Shown here: piece after piece, positions 14,443 through 27,671 of the stretch
How the letters are laid out: each line of letters starts with the position of its first letter
Position numbering within the stretch: the first letter of the stretch is position 1
Origin: Eledone cirrhosa
Taxonomy: Eukaryota
Reading direction: 5' to 3'
Assembly (NCBI GenBank): GCA_964016885.1
Contig: OZ024743.1
Location: forward strand, 3,534,001 to 3,598,000
Length of the DNA stretch: 64,000 nucleotides
The notes under the pieces: model-generated
What the model was told of the DNA's origin: nothing
The model's database searches: none
The model's input: the letters and a program-made list of their open reading frames with translations, nothing else
Program-made: the position numbers and the translations under genes

Positions 14443-14644
14443 AAATAGATATTTATTTTACCCCCTAAAAAGGGGGTAAATGCAAAAATGTTTCCCTAAA
14501 TAACAGGGGTTAGTGTTCCAAATGTGTTGCACTGAAAAATTTATCCGGTACTTACAATAGTAAGGGTAAATCCCGATGGAATAGCGGAGCCGATGTGAAG
14601 CGTGTCTTACTCTATCAAGATAGATAGATAGATAGATATAGAGA

Positions 14645-14920
14645 GGGGATAACAAGATATCGTTATAGTTAATCCAATTAGAGGTTATGAATACTTCTTA
14701 TCATGGATAGTTTTAGCGTACGGCGTTGTTTGACTCAACAAGAGGTTTACGTAGACGAGTTTATGATTTCACTTGTATTCCTTTGAAAGTTTATCTTGGA
14801 GTAATAATATTGAAAAAGTGGAGAATAACATGGTCAACAAAGAGTACAAAAGAGGAGATTTATTTACAGTCTAAAACTATTGTTTCACTGATAGAGTTGT
14901 CTAAACATTGCTAAACACTA
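14645..14920 (-). mobile_element. Family A pseudo-LTR, 5'-truncated
   Basis: Reverse complement of 8201-8652 without the CRE insert, with the same truncation point. Confidence 0.78.
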
Positions 14921-14959
14921 TATATATATATATATAATGTATAATAAACAATACAATAT

Positions 14960-15037
14960 AATTACCTCATTACCAGAGGTTTCCCGAATAAGACGAATAC
15001 GAAAAACGTCCTCATTCGTTCATCGGACAAGGCAATT
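14960..15037 (-). ncRNA. Hammerhead ribozyme, CCGATGA core variant
   Basis: Minus strand AATTGCCTTGT CCGATGA .. GAAACC TCT GGT A ATGAGGTAATT: 11-bp stem I with GU pairs, GUA cleavage triplet, ~25 nt from (TA)n. Confidence 0.7.
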
Positions 15038-15572
15038 TAAAACATAGTGAAATATTTGAAAAATCTCCCCAACAAAGGCAAGAGTTTAACGGGCAAAAAT
15101 AAATATATAAATAAAAGTAATGCAAGAGATATATAAAAAAATAAGGAAATATAGTTAGGGTATGTTTATATGTACAAATGCATGTGTATAGTGAAAATGT
15201 GTGCGTAAGTACATATATGAGGGCAAGTATATTTGTGTATGTGTGACCACAAATACGTATATAATATGAGTTGAAAAAGAAATTGTAAGATAATATAGTT
15301 AACATACATCCAGATACAGGTATTAAATATATACACATACGAGTATGAAAGCACGCGTATAAACACACACACACGTACGATCACTTATATGCGGAAGATA
15401 AAGAGGGAAAGGAGTGTAATAGTAAAAGGAGTGTCATTCTCGATACATGTATAAAAATAAAACAATATATGAGAATGAAAAAAATTTTTTAATCAAAGAG
15501 AAAGTAAGAGGGAGGGGTTATCAATTATAAATTAACACTAGAAAAAAAGAAAACAAACATAGGTACGCACGT

Positions 15573-15632
<60 letters not shown>

Positions 15633-15634
<2 letters not shown>

Positions 15635-15798
15635 CGAAGGAAATGTGGTAAGGAACCAGGTGGACCATAACGCACCAAAGTACTCAATACTTGAGGTAGT
15701 AGAGTGGGTAATAGGAACCAGTAAGACCCCGACAGCTGAGCTCAAGCCGTTTTAGCCGTCGAAACGGCTTGAGCTCAGCTGTCGGGGTCTTACTGGTT

Positions 15799-15800
<2 letters not shown>
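15633..15800 (-). mobile_element. Family D fold-back element between (TA)n tracts
   Basis: Inverted arms 15714-15752 / 15762-15800; family copies elsewhere. Confidence 0.75.
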
Positions 15801-15858
<58 letters not shown>

Positions 15859-16181
15859 TATATATATATTTAAATATATATATATATGTATATTTATATA
15901 AAGCGGCCTCCTCAAAACACTGCCTAAATGAAATTTATTTCATGTATGCAAGTATCGTTGTTGAGATGTTAAAAAACATTTATTTCAAAATGATACATAA
16001 GTCTTAAATGATATGCCGGTTGTGGATTGAAGCGTTACTTACTGTCATCTGGAAATATTGAAGTTAATGAACTCAAACAGCCCGGAATTAAATGCCCACC
16101 CCTCCTCAGCTTTCCTGCACCAACCACTGGATACCACATCCACGATGGATGATTTACATAGCGTTAAGAAGTGCTTTAAAC

Positions 16182-16381
16182 CAGGCATATCAAACATGCG
16201 GCCCTTTACAAGATCACCTGCGGCCCGCTCAAAGGCTTTTACAGCGCCAGCATGTTTTATCTTCGTGATATAAAATAAAAGAATTTGTTGTATTGGGCGC
16301 AATTAGTTGTCGTGTGTGGCTCTCAGACAACACATAGATGACCCTTGTGACCCTCGGGGGACCCTCAGTTTGCCATGCCTG
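16182..16381. mobile_element. hAT-type MITE
   Basis: TIR CAGGCATATCAAAC / GTTTGCCATGCCTG; 8-bp TSD CTTTAAAC. Confidence 0.8.
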
Positions 16382-16555
16382 CTTTAAACCTAACTGCTTG
16401 AAACTGGCCCGGTTTCTATGAGAAAAAACTACATGTTTTAAAGTGTTTATACTTATTTAAAACCTTCCATCATAATTTTATCTAAGAAATTCAAGTAATG
16501 TCTCAAAGACCAGCTTAATAATGAGTATGTTCGTTATATCACTGAATCCCTTTAA

Positions 16556-16734
16556 CCCTTTAGCATTCAAACTGGCTGTATCTGCCCCTATTTCTCTCAC
16601 CTCTTTCTGTTCAAAGCGGCCACTCATACTGATGTTAAGGTATTGTTCTCAATATAAATAATATCAAAATCTCGTAGATTCGATATTATGTGAAAATACA
16701 ATAGTAAATATAGAATAATATAAATGCTAAAAGG
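16556..16734. mobile_element. piggyBac-type MITE
   Basis: TTAA-CCCTTTAGCATT ... AATGCTAAAAGG-TTAA. Confidence 0.75.
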
Positions 16735-16806
16735 TTAATTAATTTGTTGCATTATGATTTACCAACCAGAAACCACCAGTTCTACCCATTGGAAATGAAA
16801 CTAACT

Positions 16807-16942
<136 letters not shown>

Positions 16943-16977
16943 TACACAATAATCAAAGCTATGTTCAAATCATTTTA

Positions 16978-17026
16978 TTGCTGACAATCGTTTCTTCTAA
17001 ACTATCGATTGGTTTCATCGGAGCAG
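16978..17026 (-). ncRNA. Hammerhead ribozyme at PLE 3' end (CCGATGA variant)
   Basis: Minus strand TGCT CCGATGA .. GAAAC GATT GTC AGCA followed by ATAAA. Confidence 0.7.
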
Positions 17027-18030
17027 TACCAATGTTTGTACATATAATTAACCTCCTATTCAACTGAACAATCATATAGATACATGGATATTAATGTTGT
17101 CAACAGTTTCGTATTTACAAGGTGAAATGGATGCGACATAGATTACAAGAGAATTGTACAATAATTAAAATTACAAACTAAAAATTAAAAATTATAAAGG
17201 TACAGAGTGGAATGCAAGCGACAGAGATGATAAGGGAATAGTATAACAAATAAAGAGGCATTAAGGTAGAAAGTTACTCGTAAAACGAGGACACTAGCAG
17301 TACATATGCAAGCGTTAAGAGAGTGCAAATGCATTAGTCATATATAGGGAGGAAACAAGCAATGGTATTAGGCATATATAATTTTTTACAAGGTAAAGGT
17401 ATCACATGAAATAAGCATGTCAGGCAAAGCTGTTTTTATATTAAAACTATGGCTTTATAGTGGATGTAGTGTGACTGTTGTTTCTGTAATGTTCAAATGT
17501 ATGTGCTGAGAGTATCAGTGTTATTGCTATCTTTTCCATTACATTGGCTATGTTTTATTTTAGTGAATGTTTTTAATCAGTCACAGCCATGGATTGTACA
17601 CCGGTCCTATTATATTGCTATCAGGGTTTCAAGTTTCTGTGGAATTTTACTAACGGTTTAATTTCCGGAAGTGAGTATGATCTATATTAAGGGGAGCTAA
17701 TACGAAAGGGAAGGTAACTAGCGATTACATTGTATATGATAGGAATTAGAAAAATTAGAAACATGTAAAGTTGTTTATAGTTCCAATCTGCTAAAATCGT
17801 CGTGTTGATATACATTATATTACAAGTGAATCCCTTTTATATAATGCTATTAGTTTATATTTAATTTTGAATAGAATCTATTTTCCTATAATACATTAAA
17901 GGTCTCATTATATTGTTATCTATTTATTACTAATACAGTATAAGAAAGTTACAGGAAAAAATGTATAGTTGTTTACAGGTCTAATTAGTTAAATCTCTTA
18001 TATTATGTTATAAGTGAATCCTATATATAT

Positions 18031-18217
18031 AATTGTTTCTACTTTTGGCACAAGGCCAGCAATTACCCAGTGCATTACTGGTACTTTATTTTATCGACCC
18101 CGTAAGGATGAAAGGCAAAGTTAAACTCGGCGGGATTTGAACTCAGATCGTAAAGGGACGTAACTATGCTGGAAAGCATGGCGTCCGACTCTCTACCGAT
18201 ACTGCCAATCCACCGCC
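18031..18217 (-). mobile_element. tRNA-derived SINE S1 inserted in PLE 3' region
   Basis: Near-complete reverse copy of 295-481. Confidence 0.85.
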
Positions 18218-18555
18218 CTTATATATAATAGAATCCCATATATATAATGCTATTAATTTATATATTTAATTATAAATATAATTTATTTTTCTATACTATA
18301 TTAAGTGTCTCATCATATTATCTATCCATTACTGAATATAATATAAGCAAGCTATAGTGGTTATATTAAATGGTGTTCGTTTTGTGTTTATTCTAAATAG
18401 TTATTGTATAGTATAAAGTTAGGCAAAAAGAAGGAGTTAAGTAAAGTGATGAGCTGATCAAAGAGTGAGATGCTGTGGGGGTACTTATATGCCGATAATA
18501 CCTAGAGGTGAGGTGTTAATGGTAGTGAGGAATTCAGATCTGACATTGTTATATA

Positions 18556-20019
18556 TTAGCAGCTAGGTTTAAAGCTATGAAAAGAGTGTCTGTGGTAGTG
18601 CTGGCACATTGAAAAAACCTCTGACTTTCTATTTAGGAGGTCTAAATTAGAATAGATTATTGTTCGGGTCTCTAGAAGGCAGAGGTTACATAATTTATTT
18701 AGTTTTTTATACGATGCGGCCCTATCTACTATCTCCCACTGAAGTGTATATGGTTTATTCCTAGTTTTCAGAGAGTGTATGTAGCTAGATAAAAAAGTGG
18801 AGTTGGCTAGATTACGATTTTTGAAAGTGTGGAGATACGAGTTATATCTCGTCTTGAAGCAGTTTGAAGTTGAACCTATATATATTTTAGAAGAGTTGTT
18901 TGTGTTGACCATGCATGAGTAAATGATGTCTTTGATTTAGCAATTTTTACCTAAGGGGCAAGTTCTATTTGTTCTACAGTTACAGTTATTCTGTTTGTTT
19001 GCTTGCCGGTTACTATGTTGTGTAGATGCCTGGTTGTTAGGGATAGCATTAGGGTAATGATGGTTGTCGTTCCCATTGTTATTAATTTCATTAGTGCTAG
19101 TGTCATTATTATTATTGCTACTAGAATTCTCTGGTACTATGTTGCCCTGTAAGTTTATCGCCTGTTGTGATTTAATTAGTTGGAAATAATTATTAATCTT
19201 CCTTTTATTACTACTAGCTATATGGTATGCGATGTTAGGTGTGATAGAGTAAGAGATTTTAATGGTATTTTTATTGATAAGATTATGGTATTTGTGGCCG
19301 GCTGGGAAGTTTTTTTCTAGGATTGAGGAGAAAGCCTTCGGTAAGTTGGTAGAGACGTTTAGATTTGTTCTTCTATTTTTGTTTTTTGTAATTTTATTTG
19401 AAGTATTGTTTATATTTGTGTTTATACTATTATTGTGGTGTTTATTCTGGTGCGAGTTAAGTTTGACATTACCCTTTGTATTAGAGTTAGAGTGACTAGT
19501 ACTTTTATTATTTCTCATGGCCATATTGTGAGAAATAATGTTGTAACTAGGTAGAAATTTAATTTCATTTTTATGTCCTGATTTAACTAAGGCCTCATTA
19601 TAGTATTGGGAATTATTGTTAAATATGGTTTCGTTATATGATAGATTAGAGATTCTATTTGATATTCCTTTAGTAATTGAGTTCAATATAGATTTAGGGT
19701 GGTTAGAGTTGATATCTACGTAAAGTAGTTTTTCGTTTGATTTATGAAAGGGCGTATATATTTTAGAGTCCAGGTAAAGAGTAACATCAATGAAGTTAAC
19801 GTTTTTAGTGTTTTTATCTAAGGTGATACCTAAGTTGTAATTTTTGAAAAATTTATGTAATTGTTTCCTAGTTCTTTCTATATTAAATTTTTTATAGTCA
19901 ATAAAAAGTAGTGCATCATCGCTGTATAAACCACCATCGAAGTAGGGTAGGTTCTTATGAATTTCATTTAAGAGATATAGGCCGACCAAATCGGTGACCG
20001 GCTTTGTAAAACATCTCAT
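18556..20019 (-). pseudogene. PLE reverse transcriptase C-terminus/thumb + GIY-YIG endonuclease, in-frame stop at ~18937
   Basis: DLVGLYLL, GLYSDD, VNFIDVT, SNHP, CNCRTNRTCPL, IIY..YIGST..FKTRY, CNLCLLE..LLNRKSE..CQH; the two track ORFs are in the same frame. Confidence 0.88.
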
Positions 20020-20115
20020 GTATTTACATTGAGCTATTTTTTCTTATTGATAATAAGGTAGTAATAAATTACTGACCTTTCCTGTTTATAGTTGTATATA
20101 GTGTATACATAACTA

Positions 20116-20158
<43 letters not shown>

Positions 20159-20161
<3 letters not shown>

Positions 20162-20399
20162 AAAGTTCTATTTAAATTGTTGGGATACAATATATAATAT
20201 AATTAAACAACTCCACTATCCGGGAGCTTCCAACAGTAATGGTTGCATTTTTTAAGGGTATGTCAATATTTATTTATAAAACTGATCTATATATATATTT
20301 TGTCTGATGAAAGCACACCATAATTTAACTTGGTGTCCTTGAAACATGTATAATGAAATAAATATGGTTTTATAAATATAGTTTCCATTTGGTAATATC

Positions 20400-20400
<1 letters not shown>
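20159..20400 (+). mobile_element. Family C element with hammerhead (20296-20360)
   Basis: TATTTTGT CTGATGA aagcacacca..tggtgtcctt GAAA CATGTA TA ATGAAATA; (TA)n on both sides. Confidence 0.75.
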
Positions 20401-20451
<51 letters not shown>

Positions 20452-20454
<3 letters not shown>

Positions 20455-20837
20455 AAAGTTTTATTTAAAATTGTTGGGTTACAACAAGTAAATATTTTAT
20501 AACTGATATAAAGCACTCAACAAGTTTTGGAGTAGATATACGATATTAAACAAATGGAAACTATATTTATAAAACCATATTTATTTCATTATACATATTT
20601 CAGGGATACCATATTAAAAATATGGCATGCCTTCTTCAGATAAAATACAATATATAAGCAGTTTTATAAATAAGGAAGTTGATCAATATTTATGGTACGT
20701 CAAATTTATTTATAAAACTGCTTATATATTGTATTTTATCTGAAGAAGGCATGCCATATTTTTAATATGGTATCCCTGAAATATGTATAATGAAATAAAT
20801 ATGGTTTTATAAATATAGTTTCCATTTGTTTAATATC

Positions 20838-20839
<2 letters not shown>
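20452..20839 (-). mobile_element. Family C fold-back element with two inverted hammerheads (20582-20647 minus, 20732-20797 plus)
   Basis: Inverted arms ~20540-20672 / 20706-20839; CTGAAGA..GAAA TATGTA TA core. Confidence 0.8.
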
Positions 20840-20886
<47 letters not shown>

Positions 20887-20892
<6 letters not shown>

Positions 20893-21108
20893 TTCAAAAT
20901 ATTAATAAATGAAAGATATTCTCATAATCAAAATATATATTTTATTATAGATATTTCAAAGGTACAATGGTGTTTAAGTACGTTTTCATCAGATAAAATA
21001 TATAAGATTGGATATGCTACATACCGTTACGGTTTTGATTATTCAATTCCAATAGTGGCAGTCAAAATTGTATTCGTTGAATAATCAACGAACCATATAA
21101 ATTGTTGG

Positions 21109-21110
<2 letters not shown>
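20887..21110 (-). mobile_element. Family B-related element with hammerhead (20939-21000)
   Basis: Minus strand TTTTAT CTGATGA aaacgtac..gtaccttt GAAA TATCTA TA ATAAAA; similar to 1840-1990. Confidence 0.7.
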
Positions 21111-21207
<97 letters not shown>

Positions 21208-21254
21208 TATATATGTATATATACATATATGTAAATATATATATACACACACAC

Positions 21255-21310
<56 letters not shown>

Positions 21311-21313
<3 letters not shown>

Positions 21314-21680
21314 CCAGGGTAGAAGGTGCTTAATGTTCGGTCGCCCTCACGTCTCTAATTTTCAGCCCAATGATTTTCAGCCCCATGGATTTTGTCTATT
21401 ATATTCCTTTGTTATATTTCGAATACCTGATGATGTCATCGGATTCATACTGAACCCGATCATTGAAATGATCATAGTATAATAAACCTTTAAGGAATTA
21501 CAGCAGTCCCGCCTCCTGTTATTTTATAATAATTAACTTCGTACTCGCACCACTAACTACAAAAACGAAGACGGCTGAGTTGCATTACGTTGAGTGCTCT
21601 CCCTAATATTACATCGAGGTTGACCATACAGAATGACCAGTTCTATCCAGTGGTGAACCAACAAACCTAAATAAATACAT
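21311..21680 (+). mobile_element. Family F element with hammerhead (21423-21480)
   Basis: ATAC CTGATGA tgtcatcgg..ccgatcatt GAAA TGATCA TA GTAT AATAAA; palindromic stem III; downstream TTGAGTGCT. Confidence 0.75.
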
Positions 21681-21687
21681 ATATATA

Positions 21688-23147
21688 TCTTTATATATAT
21701 AAAAGCGAGGATGTGTGTGTGTCTGTGTACAACTTTGCATACTTAAGGCTTTTACAATTACCAACTGAATTTGACCAAATTTTCTGTGCACGTTGCACAG
21801 GTCGCTGAGATTGTCACATCACAAACATTTTTCAAATCGACCCATGTTGAGCAATAAAAAATCGATATCAAAATTATTGGTAGCAAAATTGATGTAAGGG
21901 AGATAACCAACTTTATTGACAATCCTTATAAAAAAGGGAGATAACCAACTTTTCAGAAATATAAACATCACATTCATTTGAAGATAAATCACTAATATTA
22001 TCGTTTGTTTCTTGTTTATTCTTTGTTGCACTTTCAAAGTTAAAAAAACACTTGTTGTTTTAACTTGTTTCACTATATTAAGTGTTAATTTTCGCGTTAA
22101 GGGACTAATCTCGCAGCAGTCTCGAATTGACGAGATTTTGATGATGGTTTGTTTATTTTTAGAACAATCGTTAGGGGCCTTTCCACTGAAACCATTGGGA
22201 CCTACAACTTTTACATTTTTAAAACTTTCATAAGCCATGTTGATACAAAAAAAAAAATTTGTTGCACTTTCAAAGTTAACTGTAACGCTTCAATTCATAC
22301 ATTTTGACTTTGCAACTTTTCACCAAATATGCCCCGTAAAAGAAAGTATGCACATATTGGCTATCGGTCGAAGAAAACAATGCGTGTAAATGACGCTCCG
22401 CCGATAACCGAAAATAGACAATCACTAAATGCGGTGAGTACAGTTATTGTAACATCTTTGTCCGCCGCTGAGCGTCGGTTAGTGCGGTGAACCAATAATG
22501 CTAAAGCAACTGCTGCAGCACGAGCTGTAGAGACTACAGAGCAACGTGAAACACGCCTTGCTATGCATGCTACAGATACTGCTGCAGCAAGATCTGCAGA
22601 GACAGTACAAAAATATGAAAGACGCTGTGCGCGTAATGCTTCAGCTAATGCTGCAGCAAGAGCAATTGAGACTGAGCAAGAACGTCAAAGTCGGCAGTTG
22701 AGAAATGCTCCAGCTACTGCTACGGCACGAGCTGTAGAGACTGTAACAAGTCGAGCTATTCGGCTGGAGGGTAACGCTCAACGTAGAGCTTTATCGCGGT
22801 GTATTTCAAAGGCATCACGCTCACAAGGCAGTTAATTATGACCCTAATGTAAACTATCAAATCCATCCTGATATTCAAATATATGCCATGTCAAATACTT
22901 GCCAACATCGTAAAGCTAAAAAGTGTGTGTGTGTGTGGGGGGGGGGGGGGAGAATCAGCTGGAATGTGCTGCTCCAACGGTAAGGTTAATTTGCCCACCC
23001 TTAGGGAACCACCGCAACCTCTCCAGATGCTTCTAACAGGTAAGCATTCACAATCACGTGATTTTCTGAAGCATATCCGACAGTACAAAATTGCGTATAT
23101 TCTTAGCATAATTTCAAACCCCGAGCAACGCCGGGTAAATCTGCTAG
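21688..23147 (+). mobile_element. Non-autonomous Helitron with Rep N-terminal remnant
   Basis: 5' TC after A; 3' hairpin CCCGAGCAACGCCGGG + CTAG|T; remnant [37 protein letters not shown]. Confidence 0.85.
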
Positions 23148-23263
<116 letters not shown>

Positions 23264-23280
23264 TTATATATATATATATA

Positions 23281-23640
23281 CAGTGATATTAAATAAATGG
23301 AAACTATATTTATAAAACCATATTTATTTTATTATATATATTTCAAGGGTACCAAGACGCATTGGTACGCTTTCATCAGATAAAATACAAAGTTTGTTTT
23401 ATAAATAGAGACATACCCATGAAAATCATACCTTATCGGTTGGATATTCCCTGGATAGTAAGCGTACCAATGTGTCTTGGTACCCTTGAAATATATATAA
23501 TAAAATAAATATGGTTTTATAAATATAGTTTCCATTTATTTAATATCATTGAATATTTACTCCAGTAAACTGTTGAGTGCTCTAAATCAGTTATAACATA
23601 TATATTTGTCGGACTTCCAACAAATTAAATACCCCTTCTA

Positions 23641-23642
<2 letters not shown>
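23281..23642 (+). mobile_element. Family C-related fold-back element, hammerhead on minus strand (23325-23387)
   Basis: Inverted arms 23281-23371 / 23461-23551; (TA)n on both sides; TTGAGTGCT motif at ~23573. Confidence 0.78.
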
Positions 23643-23732
<90 letters not shown>

Positions 23733-23769
23733 ATGTATATATACACACATATATATATATGTGTATATA

Positions 23770-23800
<31 letters not shown>

Positions 23801-23801
23801 G

Positions 23802-23947
<146 letters not shown>

Positions 23948-23957
23948 CACATATATA

Positions 23958-24825
23958 TAGCAAATTCCAAGCTCTACAATACAAACCTGCAAACACAAAT
24001 ACAGTACTACGCAGGACCAGGAGGGACCGATATCCCCGTGTCGAAATCGATACAAGACCTGGGCATAGACATGAGCGATGATGCATCTTTTTCCTCACAC
24101 ATCATGAAGGTGGCGACAATGTGCAGACGCCTCGCTGGCTGGATCTTGAGGACTTTCCGGACAAGAGACCAAGACACATGTTGACACTGTGGAGGATATT
24201 TGTCCTAAGCCGCCTGGACTATTGCTCCCAGTTGTGGTCACCCCATAGTGTCAAACTAACCACGGAGCTTGAGGCAATCCAGCGAAGCTACACCAAGGGT
24301 ATTGCCAAGATGAGGGAGATAAGCTACTGGGAGAGGCTAAAGGAACTGAACCTCTACTCCTTGGAACGAAGACGGGAGAGATACGCAGTGATCTACATGT
24401 AGAAAATCCTGGAGGGACTAGCACCAAACTTTGGCATTGGGAGCTGGAGCAACCGTCGAACAGGACGTCACGGTGTGGTGCCAAAGGCCCCGTCTTCCAC
24501 ATCTAGAATAAGGAGCAGGTATTGCAATAGCCTGGGATTCAAGGGCCCTCAACTCTTCAACAAGCTGCCGAGGGATCTGAGAGATTTGCATGACGTGGAG
24601 GTGGATGTCTTCAAGAAACATCTCGACACCTTGCTATCCAGGATCCCGGATGAGCCCACAGCAAGGTACGAGGGAAACCTAAGGGCAGCAGCAACAAACT
24701 CCCTCTTACACCAGTGGCCAACCTATACAGGCTGGAGATAAAATGTGTAGCAACAAGGAGGGTGCCCCAGCATGGCTTCAGCCGGATGTCTGGAACAGGT
24801 AAAAGAGTAAAAGAGTAAAAGAGTC

Positions 24826-24828
<3 letters not shown>
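23958..24828 (+). mobile_element. CR1-group LINE 3' fragment (RT C-terminus)
   Basis: [60 protein letters not shown]; (GTAAAAGA)n tail. Confidence 0.85.
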
Positions 24829-24886
<58 letters not shown>

Positions 24887-24888
<2 letters not shown>

Positions 24889-25083
24889 CGAAGGAAATGT
24901 GGTAAGGAACCAGATGGACCATAACGCACCAAAGTACTCAATACTTAGGGTAGTAGAGTGGGTAATAGGAACAAGTAGGACCCCGACGGCTGGGCTCAAA
25001 CCGTTTCGACGGCTAAGTCTAGACTAGTCCAGAATTAGCCGTCGAAACGGCTTGAGCTCAACCGTCGGGGTCCTACTTGTTCC
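24887..25083 (-). mobile_element. Family D fold-back element
   Basis: Inverted arms around ~25025; flanked by (TA)n. Confidence 0.78.
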
Positions 25084-25130
25084 TATATATATATATATAT
25101 ATATATATACAGTATTTATATATATATATA

Positions 25131-25748
25131 TGTTGTTATGCTTTGGGAGGGTCATGTTGCCAATAAGAAACACACGCACCAGTTCCTTTCACTTCAATTT
25201 ATTATAAATTAAATTTATACATTTAGGAATTTATAAATTTCCGGTTGGTTGGTTGCACAACCGGACGATTGTTCATATATTGTCAAAGTTCTTTCGTCAC
25301 ACATTCTGTGACCTCTACAGTGACTGGGGATTCTTTTCTTTGTTTTTGTGCCTCTCCTTTGTTCTCTCTTTGTAAACACACACAGACACCTAGATGTAAC
25401 ACATGCGCAAACTAAGCACACAACACACAGAAAAACAAGATGGCGTAGGACAGAACAAAGGAGAAGCACAAAAACCAAGAAAAGAATCCCCAGTCACTGA
25501 AGAGGTCATAGAATGTGTGACGAAAGAACTTTGACAATATATAAACAACCGTCCGGTTGTGGAACCAACCAACCAACCGGAAATTTATAAATTCTTAAAT
25601 TGATAAATTTAATTTATAATAAATTGGAGTGAAAGCAACTGGTGCGTGTGTTTCTTATTGGCAACATGACCCTCCCAAAGCATAACAATATCGGTTTCAA
25701 CACACGTTTTCAGATAAAGAATCTTGCTAAACAAATTCAGAAACGAAA
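25131..25748 (+). mobile_element. Family K fold-back element with hammerheads (25281-25324 minus, degenerate; 25493-25535 plus)
   Basis: ~230-bp inverted arms; GTCA CTGAAGA ggtcata gaatg tgtgac GAAA GAAC TT TGAC; relatives at 26685-26710, 40760-40800, 55275-55450 and 57850-58010. Confidence 0.8.
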
Positions 25749-25770
25749 TATATATATATGTATACGTATA

Positions 25771-25871
<101 letters not shown>

Positions 25872-26142
25872 TGCAAATGTATGAAAATATTTTTGAGGCC
25901 ACACTAGAGAAGACGTTTATTCTAAGTCAACATGAAAGGCACGCGTTTCTCTTTACGCCCCCTCTATCTTCGACTGTAGGTATTGTTGTTCACCACCTTC
26001 CTGTTATAAGTGTTGGCGGCTGGGGTGTCGCGTGGTGAGGTAGTTATTTCTGATTAGGGCTTAGCATTGGACAGCCGCTTCACAACAACTCCCGTACACC
26101 TGCGAAACGCATCATTCATTAAGTATTTTAACCAGGTGATTA

Positions 26143-26225
<83 letters not shown>

Positions 26226-26227
<2 letters not shown>

Positions 26228-26429
26228 CGAAGGAAATGTGGTAAGGAACCAGGTGGACCATAACGCACCAAAGTACTCAATACTTAGGGTAGTAGAGTGG
26301 GTAATAGGAACAAGTAAGACCCCGACGGCTGAGCTCAAGCCGTTTCCACGGCTAATTCTAGACTGAATCATTCAGTCTAGAATTAGCCGTCGAAACGGCT
26401 TGAGCTCAGCCGTCGGGGTCTTACTTGTT

Positions 26430-26431
<2 letters not shown>
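26226..26431 (-). mobile_element. Family D fold-back element
   Basis: Near-perfect hairpin centred at ~26369; (TA)n on both sides. Confidence 0.8.
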
Positions 26432-26495
<64 letters not shown>

Positions 26496-26761
26496 CATAC
26501 ACATATATATATATATATATATATTTAATTCGGCTAGTATATATATATTTATATATACATTATATATACAATGGCAACATTGAGGACCGAGTAAGTTAGA
26601 TCGCAGATATAAAAGACAGCGAGAAGCGAAAACCAACCAAACAGTGAATGTGTTCTGTTATTAATTCTGGCAATATTACGCAAATATGACCCTCCCCAAG
26701 TATAACAATATATTTATATATATATATATAAATATATATATAATTTATATATATATATATA

Positions 26762-26830
<69 letters not shown>

Positions 26831-26831
26831 G

Positions 26832-26921
<90 letters not shown>

Positions 26922-27081
26922 TGTATGTGTGTATATGTGTATGTATGGATATGTGCCGTTTGTTTTGTTACTTTTGTTATTTCTGTTTACCTTTTACATA
27001 CATACATACATATGTACATACATATATACATACATATGTGTGTGTGTGCGTGAGTGTGTGTGTGTAGTGTGTGTGTGTTGA

Positions 27082-27210
27082 TCCGGTGTTAAATCGGAGG
27101 TAATCACAGAAAATAAGGTAATCAATGCATTAGTAGAATGGAACATCAATATTTAAAATAGAAATGCGTTTTCAGGACTAGAACTGTTTCGTCCATATGA
27201 AATCATCATA
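27082..27210 (-). mobile_element. Family G degenerate copy with partial hammerhead
   Basis: CAGGACTAGAACTGTTTC..GAAATCATCA matches 34662-34696. Confidence 0.6.
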
Positions 27211-27464
27211 TGTATATATATATATATATATATATAAACCTGCCGGTAGGTTTAGCTACCCCTTCCCCCACCAACTTGCCATCACACAGATTTACTACTA
27301 ACTTGTGATGTGACCAATCCTGGTGATTATCTCTTTGACCATATATGGAATTACCCCTTGATAAGTTCGGCTATTTAAATACCAGAATAAATTTTCATTC
27401 TGTACAGAATTAGCCGTCGAAACGGCTTGAGCTCAGCCGCCGGGGTCTTACTTGTTCCTATATA

Positions 27465-27495
<31 letters not shown>

Positions 27496-27573
27496 TAACA
27501 TATTCCAGAAATAGCTGCCGAAATGGTTCGAGCTCTGCCGTCGGGGTTCTGATTATTTTCATATATATATATC

Positions 27574-27671
<98 letters not shown>

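Larger units (their letters stand above)
8907..14612 (-). mobile_element. Near full-length Tx1/L1-clade LINE inserted in (GATA)n
   Basis: ORF1 with a CX2CX4HX4C knuckle plus ORF2 APE-RT-zinc finger; (GATA)n on both sides (8851-8906, 14619-14640). Confidence 0.92.

Noticed and set aside
15745-15785. Family D GAAACGGCTT as a complete hammerhead
   Set aside because: All copies here lack an upstream CTGANGA, so it was not counted as a ribozyme.
25940-25980. Minus-strand TCGAAGA..GAAACGCGTG, and GAAACGGGCGTA at ~3656
   Set aside because: Only partial hammerhead cores without a convincing stem I; not counted.
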